Positions 11,650 to 24,000 of a DNA stretch of 64,000 bases are shown in pieces. The translations under genes were made by a program, and so were the position numbers. Each line of letters starts with the position of its first letter. Within the stretch, counting starts at the first letter, position 1. The notes below the pieces were generated by a model, which saw only the letters and a program-made list of their open reading frames with translations, ran no database searches and was not told the origin of the DNA. The DNA is from Rebecca billardiae RCC1528 (lineage: Eukaryota > Protista > Haptophyta), in the NCBI GenBank assembly GCA_965240325.2, contig OZ251245.1:806001-870000 (forward strand), given 5' to 3'.

Positions 11650-13222
11650 GGCGGCGGCGGCCAGATGCAGTTTGGGTTCGATCCGGATTTCGACCGCTCG
11701 CTGCACCGCTGGGCGGGGATGGGCGGCGGCGCGATGATGGGCGGGTACGCGCCCGGCTACATGTGCGGCCCGCCCATGGGGATGGGCGCGATGGGCGCGT
11801 ACGGCTCGATGATGGGAATGCCTGACGCCGGCATGCTCGGTGCCATGGGTGGCATGGGCGGCATGGGCGGCGCGCCGCCCGGGTACGGCGGCGGCGGCGG
11901 CCTCGACTACCAGGCGGCGTTCTTCATGCAGCAGCAGCAGATGATCGCGCAGCAGCAGATGGCCTACGCGCAGGGCCAGCAGCTCCAAGGCCTCGGCGTG
12001 TCGCGCGCTGCCGACGGCCACGGCGGCATGGCGGAGCTCGGCGGCGGCGGCGGCGGCGGCGGCGACGGCATGGGTGCCTCCGATGGCTCTGGGGCGGGCC
12101 CGCGGGGCCTGGGTGCCCACGCCGACTACCTGCTGCAGAGCGGCGCGCAGGCGCAGCACGGGCTCTTCTCGCAGGGCTACGGGGGCGTCGGGGCCCTCCC
12201 GGTCTCGAGCGCCGCCGACGCGGGCTCACACCATGGTGCCGCCGCCTCAGGCCTCGGAGGCGCTGTGCACATGCCGGGGCTCGGCGGCGGCGGCGGCGGG
12301 CGCATGGGCGGCGGCGAGCAGGGCGCGGACGGCGGCCTGGGCGGCGGCGGTGGCTTCGGCGGCGGCGGCGGGTACGGCGACATGCAGCACGGCGGCGGCT
12401 TTGCGCAGTGTGGTGCGGGCGCGTGCTCAAGCAGCAGCGGCGGCCCCGGCGGCCTCGCCGCCATCGGCCGCGCTGTCGAGCGCGAGCCGCCGGAGGGCCC
12501 TGGGCAGCAGCAGCAGCAGCAGCCGGAGCAGCCGTGGCCGCCGCACCAGCCGGGCGGCGGCGGCGCCAACGGCGGCGGCGCGCCCGGTGGCGACAAGGGC
12601 GCGCCGCCCGGGGGCTACGCCGGCCTCGGCCAGCCAGGCCCTCCGTGGATGGCTTATCAGCTGCAGCAGCACGCCGCCGCTGCGCAGGTGCTGGGCGGAG
12701 GGCTGCCGGGCGGGCCGTACGGCGGCGCCGATCCGTCGAGCGCGCCCGGCGGCGGCGGCGGCGCGGGCGGCGCCGGCCAGGCGCCTGGCGGCGCCGTCGG
12801 CGCTGTCCCCACCTCAGGCGCACAGCACCTGCCAATGGGATACGGCGCCGTGTCGCGCGCCGACGAGCGTGGCAGTGGCCCGATCGGCCCGAGTGCCGAG
12901 TCCCTTTTCCCTGGCTGCATGGGCGGGTGCATCAACCCGGCCGCGGCCATGTCCATGGCGGCGGGGCAGCTGCCGCCGCCCCACGCGATGATGCCGCAGG
13001 CGGCGTGCGCCGCCGCCGCCGCCGCGGGCGCGTGCCCCCCGTACATGCTCCCGCCGGAGATGCTGGCGCAGGCGGCGGTCGCTGCGGGCGGCGAGGCCGG
13101 CGCGCACGCGGACGGCGCAGCGGGCTCGAGGAGGCGAGGCAAGCGCGGCGGAGCGAACTCGAAGCGTGGCGGCGGCGGCGCGGAGGGCGGTGCCGCCCAA
13201 ACCGGCGGCGGCTCCGGCGGGC

Positions 13223-13253
<31 letters not shown>

Positions 13254-13350
13254 GGGCGCGGCCACGCAGCCGCGCGCCGCCCGGCCGGCTGGCGGCTCCA
13301 AGGCCCCCCAGGCAGTCTTCACCGACGCCGATTTTCCGCCGCTCGGTTGA
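10966..13350 (+). CDS. SUZ-domain, Gly/Met/Gln-rich low-complexity RNA-associated protein
   Basis: VKVQIMRR...RSVQERADEYEAVRARIF SUZ motif; C-terminal FTDADFPPLG (PAM2-like); (GGC)n run near 11590-11660. Confidence 0.75.
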
Positions 13351-13839
13351 GCCTGTCGTCGCGCGACACGCTTGGTGCCGACGGCCGAGGCGTGGGCGAG
13401 CGAGTGCTTGCGGCGCAGGGCGCGCCGCGCGGGCCGCAGCGGCCGGCCGGCCCTGGGCTCCAGTGCGGGGCTTCGACTGCCCCGCCGCGCGGCGCGCTGC
13501 TGAGTGCCGAGCGCTGAGCTGACGTGTCTTCATGACGACCCACGCCGGCTTCAACTAGTTCAAGGACAAGGACAAGGCTTCCACAAGGTCAACGCCCGCC
13601 CGAGCTCACCCTCACAGGTGGCATAGACCGCATCGGCGTCGCTCTAACTCGGACGAGTCGGAGGCTTCTGCCAACACACGCTGGCCACCGGCCCGAAGCG
13701 CGGCACGCACACACTCTCTCTGTCTCCTGCGGCCATCACATGCTGTCAACGTGACGCACATGAACAGCACGGTGCCGGTGCATGTGTCGCGTCGCGGCCG
13801 CACGCCCCGTCTGACCGCTTGGTCGCACCGCGAGTATCA

Positions 13840-13842
13840 TGT

Positions 13843-13897
<55 letters not shown>

Positions 13898-13905
13898 TAT
13901 AGCCG

Positions 13906-13976
<71 letters not shown>

Positions 13977-13980
13977 TATA
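13840..13980. repeat. (TA)n microsatellite, two blocks each ending in gtctatagccg
   Basis: Directly visible. Confidence 0.97.
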
Positions 13981-14865
13981 GCCGTCCTTATCGTGAACGC
14001 CGACGCCAACTGCGGCTGGCAGAAGGTGGGCACGCCGCCTGGCATGTCGATGCCGATGCGGCTGCGTGTGTTATTCCTACTCAGTGGGATTTACGTGTCC
14101 TCATGCCTTGGCGAGCGGCAGCAGATGCGGTGGGCATGCCGCTCGCCGTCGACGAGACGCGGTGCGTGAGTCGGATCCCGCGCGGACGTCCGCTGACGGA
14201 AGGCTGAGCGCCTGCGGACTCGTCGACTGAACCTCCACCTGACCGCCCGGGAGCAGCACTGCTGGGGACCTAACCTGAAAAACCCAATCGTGTTGGGAGG
14301 CAGGGGGTCACATGAGCCCTAAGTGCAGCGCCGCAAGACCGGGCGGTCGGACGGCGGGTGTTGTGGTCCCGCCGCCCGAGCACCAGACCAACGGGCCCTG
14401 GGTCGGGCCGGGTGGGCGGGTTGCCGAAAGATGTTGGTCGGTGCACGCGACGCGCCACCCGCGTGCGAGCCGCCGCCGCCGGCGACGCAGGGCCACGAGC
14501 CCGGCTGCAGCCATCTCGCGCGCCCGCGCCTGGCGAAGCAGCCAGCGGTGGCGCCGGAAACAGATCTCCGTCCGCGGCGACAAACCCGGACAGACTGTTT
14601 GTCCGGGAGCAGCCCTTTGAGGCGATGGTCTGGTAGAGGGCGATGTGGCTGATGAGCGGCGCTGGCGCCCGGCGTTCTTGTCGTCCTCTTAGACAATCAG
14701 TTATATTGTACCAATAACCCCACATATACACACACACACATATATATATTAACGACGTGGTATGCAACGGGCAGGCGTCAGAGTCAGCATATATAGAGAG
14801 AGAGAGAGAATTATATATATATAATTCTATTGTCGTAATTTGTTGTAACTAGCATTGTCAGTGGC

Positions 14866-15773
14866 GGCCTGTTTTATTTCTAACAGGTTCCATTTACTAT
14901 GTCACGGCGACAAACCCGTGCCCGCCAGTGGGAATCGGTGTCACGCCCCGTTGGATGTACCTCTCACGGCCGATGGCGGCCTCCACGTGCGTGAGGAATG
15001 CGATTCGTGCACTCCTCGGTGACCGGTGAGTGCACGAATCCAGTTGCGGCGCTCGTCCGCCTCGTCATCGTCGCACACGAGGTACATCCAACACCATGGG
15101 TCGGATCGCAGAACTCTCCGCGCGCTCGCGCTCGCGCGGCGAGGCACTGGCAGGCTTGTTCTTCATTTTGGCCAAGGCTGCAGCCTGCCAGATGCGCGAG
15201 AACGCGTGTGCATGCCTTTCCGCGCGTCATGAGTGCGCGTTGCACGCATCCTATCGTAGTCTACGCCGACGAGGCCTGAGCATCCACGTCAACCAGCCTG
15301 CCACGATCACGTTCAAATGCAGGCGGCAAGCTGCATGCGAGCGGCACGCAACGGAAGCATCTCAAGCCCGACAAAGTAGTGGCGGAGGAGCTTGTAGAGC
15401 TGGTGGCGATTGCAGTCTATCTGTTCATCACCTGTTCAGAGTCGCCAACTGACACGGGCGCGACGTAGCCAAGGTAGAGTGCCTGCAGCTTGCAGCAAGC
15501 CCGCAGCTGCCACCTCCGGGCGACGATCGTCACACAACCGTGCGCCGCGACTGACCCCTGACCCTGTGTCAGGGCGAAGCACCAGGCAAGGCTAAGCAGC
15601 ATGCCATGGCAACATCTTTCGCTACAGGTCAGCGCGCTAGTACGAGAATGCCCCAACGACGTGCCATCAGTACTCCGCAATCGAGCCGGCACCGCACCAG
15701 CGGCCAAGCAGCCGCCATTTTGCCGCGTTTTGGCGGATGTCGCCGCTGGGCTCTCGTAGAATTAAAACAGGCC
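14866..15773. mobile_element. Non-autonomous TIR DNA element (~0.9 kb)
   Basis: 17-bp TIR GGCCTGTTTTATTTCTA (14866-14882) / TAGAATTAAAACAGGCC (15757-15773), 1 mismatch; 4-bp flanking duplication TGGC; no intact ORF. Confidence 0.75.
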
Positions 15774-15830
15774 TGGCATGCATACGCGACTTTAAAAAAT
15801 ATTTCTAATAACTGTACTTAAATATATATA

Positions 15831-18794
15831 GGTAACAAATCGGATCCCTGTCGGATCCCAAATAGGGCAGCGCGGAAGTCCGTTACGAGGGCCGCCATCG
15901 CCAGTGCGCCCCGCCGACACCCCCTCCGCCGTGCTGCCGCTCAAACTCGAGCGAGTTCGCCCGACACGTTGTCGGCGGGCTCCCACGAGTCGGGCCACGG
16001 TTGCCCAGCTCCGTCCACTCCCTCCCAGCGCACAATGTAGCCGACGACACCGTCGCGTGTCTCCTTGCTCACAATGTCATCGACGGGGTACAGCTCGTCG
16101 TCGTCCTCGTCCCTCGTCGTCCTCGCAGCCACTGACAATGTCGCTGTCGTCGTCCTCGTCGTCCTCGTCGTCCTCATCGAGCTCCTCCTCGTCACTCTCC
16201 GACGCGCCATCGTCACCCCGACCCGTCCTGCCTCGCTCGGTGCGTGCCCGCTTGGCGTGCGGTTGTGCATCGCTGGACGCAGCTGCCGGGTTGCGGATGA
16301 AGTCAGCAAGCGCGCGGACGAAGCCCTTGATGCGCTCGAGCGCGGGCATGCGCGCGAGAGAGCCCTGTGTGGAAGAGCGGATCACCTCGTAGCCACCCAC
16401 GAGCGCAGCATCGCTCGCGCCGATGAGCGCGCCGACGTCGGCCACTGCGCGCTCAGTTTGTTTGCTAGCGCGGCTCTGACGCCAACGTTGCCGCCGCTCA
16501 CGAGCTTGTGCAGCGCGCCGAGCGGCGTGATGCTCACGATGCGCGGGTTGTAGATAAACGAGCCGCTCGAGCGCGCCGCCGCCACTCCGCCGCCGCCGCC
16601 GCCGCCGTCGCCGCCACCGCCGCCATCGCCGCCGCCGCCGCCGCTGTCGCCGCCACCGCCGCGCCCGCGCGCTGCCGCGCCCGCGCGCGCCGCCGCGCGC
16701 GGGGCCCGCGCACCATCAGTGCCGTCGTCGTCGTCGTCATCGTCGTCGATGTCGGTGCCGTCATCGCCAGCGTCCCGCTCGTCATCAGACTCGGCCATGT
16801 GGTCCTCCTTCGCCTGTGCTTTGTCGACCATCAGCTGCAGGCGCACCACCGTGTACGACGGCGCCTGCTTGAGCGTCGTGATGAGCATATCAGCTCGAGC
16901 CGGCCAAATATGGGCCCGCCGACGGCGATGATGTGCAGGGAGTACCCGCCCGGGTCACCATGAAACAAACCTCGCTGCGGCGTCGGCCGTGCCGATCGTC
17001 TTCTGCAGCTCGGTCGCCTGGCACGCCGACGCCTCGCGCCGTGTTCGAGCTCCTCGCCGCTGCTCAGCTCGTTCACCTTGGTGCGCGAGCCGAGGCGCTG
17101 AGAGATCGACGCGAGGAAGCAAGGGCAGCCGCGGATGACCGAGCGATGTGCGCGGTGCACCTTGAGCCGCCCGTGCCGCAGCTCCTCGGGTACGGGCTCG
17201 CCCTCGCCGTAGAGCCTCGCGTGCCAACGCGCCTCGCGCCAGAGGCGCACGCTGACGCTGAGATCGAAATGCTCGCGCGTTGCGGCTGAAGATCGGCGCA
17301 CGGGTCGAGAGCAGCTGCACGATCACGCCTCGCGCCTCCTTGCGCTTGGGCATCTCCTTGATCAACCCCGCGACGCGCGTCAACGCATCGCCCTGCTTGC
17401 CCATCAGCCGAGCCGCTCTCCGCCGCGCGGGCTCACGCGCGCTCTGGTTGGCGTCGACCCAGTCGCCCAGCCCGAGGGCGCGGTGCGCCCTGGTCGGGCT
17501 GCCCGGCAAGAGCACGTTCATGAGCTCCTTGACGAGCGCCTCGGCCGCGCGGCGCAACTCGCGCCAGTACGACGCGCCAATTTCCGCGGGCGGCTTCGTG
17601 ACATGCGCCGTGACCGGGCCCGACAGCTTCAGCAGCTCGCCATCCGCCGCGCCTACGGGGTTGGTGATGCCGAGCACGCGGAAGCAGAGGATGGTCTCCG
17701 GCGGCAGCGCGGGCTCGGCGGCGGGCTCTGAGGCGGGGGCAGCAGCGGGGGCGGCGACGGCGAGCGTGGAGAGCACGGACATGTGCGGCCATAGCCATGG
17801 CGCCGACGGGCGCGGGTCTGGCGGGATCTCCGACGGGAGCGAGTCGAGCCACTCGATGATGCTCATCGGCGCGCAGCGCACGCTGCGCTGCCGCTGCGAG
17901 CGGCGCGCACGCGCGCGCGCTTGCGCGCGTTCGACCTCGACATCTGGCTCGCGGGGCGGGATGCTGCAGCCGAACCAAAGCCAGTAGAGCTTACGCCCGT
18001 GCACGCTCAGGCAAGTGCAGTGGGTCGTGTGAATCGTCGTCCTGGCCTCAATCGACACGCGCCAGCCGAGTCCCCGCACGCAGCTGTAGCCGCCACGGAA
18101 GGTCGGCCGCGCGAACTGCGTTGTTGAACACGGCGGGGTCCGAGGCGCCGAAGGCACCTGCAAGGGTGTGGCTGAGGTGGATTCTGACCCAAAGAGCCAC
18201 CGCCTCCGTGATGCAGAGGGCGTACCAGCGGTCCTTCTCGAGCATGTGCTTCATGCCGTGAATGATTGAGGCAGCCTCAGTCTTGTCACAGCTGCGCGAG
18301 AACGACGACCGACCTTGCGACCAAAATGCTAGATTGTCAGAGAGATGCCAGCAGGGCATAGCGTGCGCCGATTTTGGTCGCAAGGTCGCATCGCCTTCTT
18401 GAACTGTGCGCGCGCGAAGTGCCGGCTCGATTCAGGGGATGGTGCGCAAAGATGCAACACGCGCACTCGGAGGTGCGGGGCAAGCACGGGCGCCGTGCGG
18501 GAGCGCGACATCGCGCTCCTACGAGTGCACCACCTGCCCACAGCCGAGGTGGCCCCGCGGCGGGCGTTTCAAGACCGCCCTCGGCTCGCGACGCGACGAG
18601 CTCGTCGATGCGGCTCCAGCGCGCTCTTGCCGGTTGGCGAGCGTTTCGACCGGGAGCGAAGCGCGGCGCAATAAGAAGGCGAGCCAACCGCGGTCCGCTG
18701 ATAGCAATGGCCAATACGGGATCGCGAATACTTATTGCGGGATCGTTTTGCAACGACTTCCGCGCCTGATCTGCCGCTCAAAGGATTTTTCACC
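15831..18794 (-). mobile_element. Degenerate TIR DNA transposon (~3.0 kb) inserted in (TA)n, carrying a frameshifted ORF ending in a chromodomain
   Basis: Ends GGTAACAAATC / GATTTTTCACC (9/11 inverted match); inverted subterminal GCGCGGAAGTC (15870-15880 / 18755-18765); TATATA on both flanks. Confidence 0.65.
15941..17870 (-). pseudogene. Frameshifted transposon-like protein remnant with C-terminal chromodomain
   Basis: Coding-like segments hop frames (16955-17870, 16831-17301, 16382-16888, 16077-16445, 15941-16309). The last reads YPVDDIVSKETRDGVVGYIVRWEG...WPDSWEPADNV, a canonical chromodomain. Confidence 0.75.
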
Positions 18795-19448
18795 TATATA
18801 TATATATTTCAATAGCAGACGAACAGCGTGCCACCCGACCGGCCCGATGTCCATGCGGACGCGGCGCGGCCTCCGAATTTCGGAATTACCGATGATTGCG
18901 GCATGAGTCAGATGAGAGTGAGACGACCCGCGGCCGTCCCGCGTCCGAGCACGGAGCAGCACGGGCCGCACGGCCACGGACGGCGGCGCTGACGCTCTCG
19001 GCACCATGGCGGCGTCCGAGACCCAGTGCTGAGTGCTGAGTCACAGCTGAGCCCGTGTCAGTGTGGCCGTGGGCGTGAGACTCAGACAGCGGTCAGCGCG
19101 GCGGAGCGTCTTGCCGTTCGGCACAGGTCGCCGACCGGCGTGGGCGCGTGATTCCGTTCCGGGGCGGCTGCCATAGTGATCCGAAGCGCGTTGTGACAGT
19201 GACAAGGCGCACGCGGCCAGCAGGGCCGTAGGCCGTAGGTAGGCTGCCGGCTCGCGTCCGGTCGGCGTCCAGACCTGCCCGCCCTCCGCCGCCAGTAGAC
19301 CTCGTCGGTCGGACTTGGCCGGGGGCACCTTGAACCTCGCTGACGTGACGATCGGTCCGCCATCATGAACTTCTGAGCTGTGCCTTGCCCCGCCAACGGT
19401 TCCAGCAGCCGGCGCGGAGTTGCGCTTGAACTCCGTGCGCGCGCGCGG

Positions 19449-20551
19449 ATGGCAGCGAGCTTTGCTTGGCGGCGCCCGCGCCGGGCGAGCGGTCGTGAGC
19501 ATGGCCGCACCCCCTGTCACGCGTCCTCACCCCACGCCGCCGTGCGCGCACGCGCGCCCCCGCGCCGCAGGACGTGCAGACATGCACAAGTCGAACATTG
19601 GCGATGCAGACATCCTCGAGCGCCGCGTGCCCAAGGCGAGCGTGGGACGGCGCTACGAGGGCGTGAGCTCGCGCGTCGACACGGGCACGAACGCACGAAA
19701 GATCATGCAGCAGTACGAGGGCACCTCGGGTCCAAGTGCGCGCAGTGCACGTGCGCGCGCGCCGCGCGGGACGAGGTGTTGTGCCTCACGTGCGCCCGAC
19801 ACCGCGCGCGCTCGCCGCTCGCTGCGCAGATGCTCGCATCAAGGTGCACGACGAGTACTTCCAACGGCTGCGCCCGACGACGCTCGGTGCCATGCTCGAG
19901 GAGCTCTTGCGCGCGGAGGAGTCCGTGTACGCCCTCGGCGGCGAGGACGCTGTCTCGGTCGCAGCCTCGGTCCGCAGCGTCGGCGCAGCAAGCGTCGTGC
20001 ACTCGGAGATCGCGAGCCCGACGCCGGTGGTTGAGCGCCAATCGCACCTGCTGCTCCTGGACATGCGCCCCGTGGAGGAGTACGAGCGGTGGCACGTGCG
20101 CGGCGCGCTCTCCTTCCCCGTCTCGCAGCTCAAGCACGCGACCCACTCGCTGCCTAACGAAGTGTACTACTACCGCGGCGCGCGCGACGGCGACAAGATG
20201 ATTGTCGTGTACGACGAGGATGGGCGCACGGCGGTCGAGCTGGGGAACACGCTGGTGCAGAAGGGGATCGACAACCTGTACGTGGTGCACGGCGGGCTGC
20301 AGCAGTTCGCGCCGCGCTTCCCGCACCTCCTCGAGGGCGACGTGCCCGAGCTGCCGCCGCCGTCCACGCCGGTGCAGCCGCTCTCCGCCCTCGGCACGTC
20401 AGGCTACAGGACGTCCAACCGGCCGCCCTCGACGGCGGCGTCGGGCCGGACGACGCGCACGGTGGACACGCGGCTGAGCGGCTCGCAGCGCGGCACGCCG
20501 AGCAGCAGTCGTGGGCCGTCCACGCCCGGCAGCCGAATCTGGAAGCACTGA
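19449..20551 (+). CDS. CEP41: Centrosomal protein 41 (rhodanese-like domain); intron 19721-19829 (GC-AG); exact start uncertain (19449 or 19582)
   Basis: RYEGVSSRVDTG, LLLLDMR..EEYERWHVRGALSFP, MIVVYDEDGR, QKGIDNLYVVHGGL match the CEP41 family pattern. Confidence 0.8.
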
Positions 20552-20772
20552 GTCAGTGACTGAGTGAGACGGCAGTGCCGGCAGCCGGGGCACCGTCCAA
20601 GTTCCACTACTCACTACTCCAGTGAGTCCAGAGCCGGCCACTCATCAGACTGTAGCGCAGGCGTCACAATTGTCGACGTCAGGCACGACGGTTGGTTGCA
20701 GCTCCATAGACCATATCGCGATCGCATCAGGCCTTCCGAGCGCTGGTGGCGGTGCGCGCACTGTACTCATAG

Positions 20773-20775
<3 letters not shown>

Positions 20776-20868
<93 letters not shown>

Positions 20869-20970
20869 ATATATGTATATATAAATATATATATACATAT
20901 ATATATACACATATATATATATTATTAATTTATTATTATATTATTATTATTATTATTATATTATTATATA
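20776..20970. repeat. (TA)n plus (TAT)n microsatellite between convergent genes
   Basis: Directly visible. Confidence 0.97.
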
Positions 20971-21026
20971 GCCAGACGCGAGAGAGAGAGCGCAGAGACT
21001 GAGCAGCAGAGAAATGAGAGAGAGTG

Positions 21027-24000
21027 CTACGGCGACGACGGCTGCAGGGCAAAGTCCGCCAGACTGACGCCGCCGCGGTGCGGCTGCACCCACTTCACCA
21101 CCACGCGCAGCTGCATGCCGCTTGGCAGCTCGGCGTCGCGCATCCACGCGTGCAGGCCAAGGTCAGGCAGCAGTACGTACGTGGACGTGCGGCCGCGCTG
21201 CAGCCGTTGGGGCTGCGAATGCAGCGCGAGGGCGCGGTGCACGGTGTAGCCCTCGCGCGCGCGCTGCGCGAGGAACTGTCGCGCCCAGTAGCGGGACGAC
21301 TCGCTCTCGAGCCGCGCCGCCTGCCGCGTGCGCGCGGCGACGTGCGCGATGCGCGTCTCGAGCGCCGCGCTCTCATATGGCGGCGCGCACTCTGGCCGCG
21401 CGCCCTCGGCCGCGCACATCCGCGCACACGCCTCGGCGTGAGCGTCGTCGTCGAGCGGCGCGCCGCGCACGAGCCCCCCGCTCGCGCTGAGCAGCGCGCG
21501 CAGCTGGTGGTGCGCCACGAGGTCGAGGTAGCGCCGGAGCGGCGAGGTGACGTGCACGAATCCACGCAGTGCGAGCAGGGCGTGCCCCGCGCCGGGCTGC
21601 GCCGACGTGCTCACCCCACGGAGCAGCGGCCAGGTCGCGGCGGTCGCGAGCAGCTGGTCTCGCAACAGGCTGTCGTCCACCGGGTGCGCCGTGCCGGCGA
21701 GCGAGTCGGCGCGCGCCTCGGCCGGGGTGAGGCCGGCAAAGGCGTGCGGGAAGGGCGGCCCCGCCTGCGGCACTTCGCCGCCGCCCGCCGCGCCCGCGAG
21801 CCCTCTTGGCCTGCGCCCTCGCCTCGCCACGAGGCGCTCGTCCCGAAGCGCCGCCAGCGCCGCCGGTGCGGGCATGCTTCCGACGCCTTCAGACTCGGCG
21901 GGCCGGAGCGCCTGGTGCGCGCGGTACGGCAGCGGCAGGCCCGCCTGCGTGCCGATCTCGGCGGCGATCTCGCCGGCAAGGATCATGCCCTCCGCTTCGA
22001 TGGCGGAGGAGCGCCCGCCGTCGAGGTGCAGCACAGACGGTCCCGCCATGCTCACGCGCCGCAGGCCGAGCTCAGCCTTCACCCTGGGCCGCGGCAGCAG
22101 GAACTGGAGCGCACCGCCCTCCGCGACGCGCATGCGGCGCCGCGCGAGCGTCACCTGCTCGAGCAGCCGCAGCTGCTCGATCGTGCGGCCCGCGGCGTCC
22201 TCACTGCCTTCGGGCGCGGCGCGCGCGGCGGCGGCGGGCGCGGCCGCGCCTTCGAGCCCGTCCGACGCGTGCAGCAGCCGGTCGGCCGCGCCGCACGTGA
22301 GCGCCAGGACGCGCGGCAGCGAGAGCTCGCGCAGCGCAAACTCGAGCAGCCGCCCCGACTGGAGGCCGACGCGAGCGGAGAAGGTGAGGGCTGAGCGCGC
22401 GCGCGCGGGCGCGTCGGGCTCGGGCGCGGCGACGGGCTCGAGGCCCGTGCCGCCTTCGCCGCGCGCGATCTCTGGCGGGAGCATCGGCACCGAGCCCTCG
22501 GGCAAGCACACCGTGGTCGCGCGCTCGGCGGCGAGCTCGTCCAGAGCCGAGAAGGGCGGGATGCGCGCCGTGGGCGAGGCCACGTGCACGTGCACCCAAG
22601 CGCTCGGCTCGGCGTCCGGCGCGGCCGGGTCGGGCGCTCCGAGCTCGGCGCGCGCGTCGGCGAGCTCGACGGAGAGCCCATCGTCGATCTCCTCCGCGAC
22701 CGGACTTACGAGCGTCATCACCTGCAGCGAGTGCACAGCGGTCGAGCGAGCCGCGCGCGCGGCGCCCGGCGCAGCGGTGGCGTCGACGTCGGCGGCCGTG
22801 CCGTCGGCGTCAGCGGCGTCGGCGTTCGCGCTCGGCGGCGTCGGCATCGTCGGCGGCGCGGAGGCGGCCGACCCCGCCCAGTCTGACAGCGGCAGGAGCA
22901 AGCGGCTGTCGAGCGCGCGCTCTCGCGCCACGTTGACGAGATCGTGCATCTCGCCGAGTCTGATGAGCACTTCCACTGCTGCAGACGGCCGGTCCTGCGC
23001 ACAGGGACGCGGAGGCGGAGCGGGGGGTGGCGGGGCGGCGGCCGCGGGGCAGTGAGCGCGCGCGGCGCGGCGGCGCGGCGCGGCGCGGCGCACGCGTGCA
23101 AGCATGGCCGCTGTGCGCGCGCCCCGCAAGCCGTGCGCGCGCTTGAGCGAGTCTCTCACCTTGCGCACGAGCGGCCACAGCACCTGCCTGATCAGTGGCT
23201 CGTGGGCCACGTAGTTGCCCTCCAGCTCATTCGAGAGAGCATAGCTGCGCAGTGCGGCAAGGATCGGCGCATCGCCGGGCTCGGCGCCGAGCTCCGCCCA
23301 GTGCGCGCCGGGCGGCGCGTCCGAGGTGCGCTGCTCGCCTCCCTCCTCCGCCGCCGCGGGCGCGCTCGCTGCGCCCATCAGCTCGGCGCGCACGGGGGCG
23401 AGCTCGGCGCCCTTCTCCGCCGCCGCGGGCAAAGGGCGATCAACTCCTTGATGGCCCATTGCCGCGGGCGCGCTCGCTGCGCCCGTCAGCTCGGCGCGCA
23501 CAGGGCCGCCCATCAGTCGCTCCCGGTGCCATTTGGGGATGGCGAAGATGGAGCGCTTGAATGGGGGCGCCTCCGCCGTCAGGGCGATGGTCGCGCCGAG
23601 CCACTCGTCGCGAACGCCGCGCGGCGGCGATGGCGATGGCGGCTGCGCCTCGGCCTGCCGCGCGCTGCGCGGCTGCGCCAGCTCGCTCCAGAGCGTCGCG
23701 TCCCGCGCGTAGATCGCCACGCGCAGCCGGTCGTTGATTCGGACCCTCTCCGCAGCCGTCAGCCGCAGCTCGGCGTGCTGCTCGAGCGCGGCGCGCACCT
23801 CGGGCACGGCGGTGGCGGGGCGGCGGCGGAAGGCGAGCGCGCGCGTCGTCGGCTTGAAGAAGGGCGCACACGCCGGCTCGACCAGCTCCAGATGCACCGC
23901 CAGCGCCTGCAGGTTGGTCGGGCTGTCAACGCCGAGCAGCAGCTTGGCGAGGTCGACGCAGCCGCGCCCGGCCGCGCTCGACGCGTCGGGCTCGTCGAGC

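Noticed and set aside
14941-15147. MYLVCDDDEADERRNWIRAL resembles a PH-domain C-terminal helix (captured gene fragment)
   Set aside because: Too short and no upstream PH strands recognisable.
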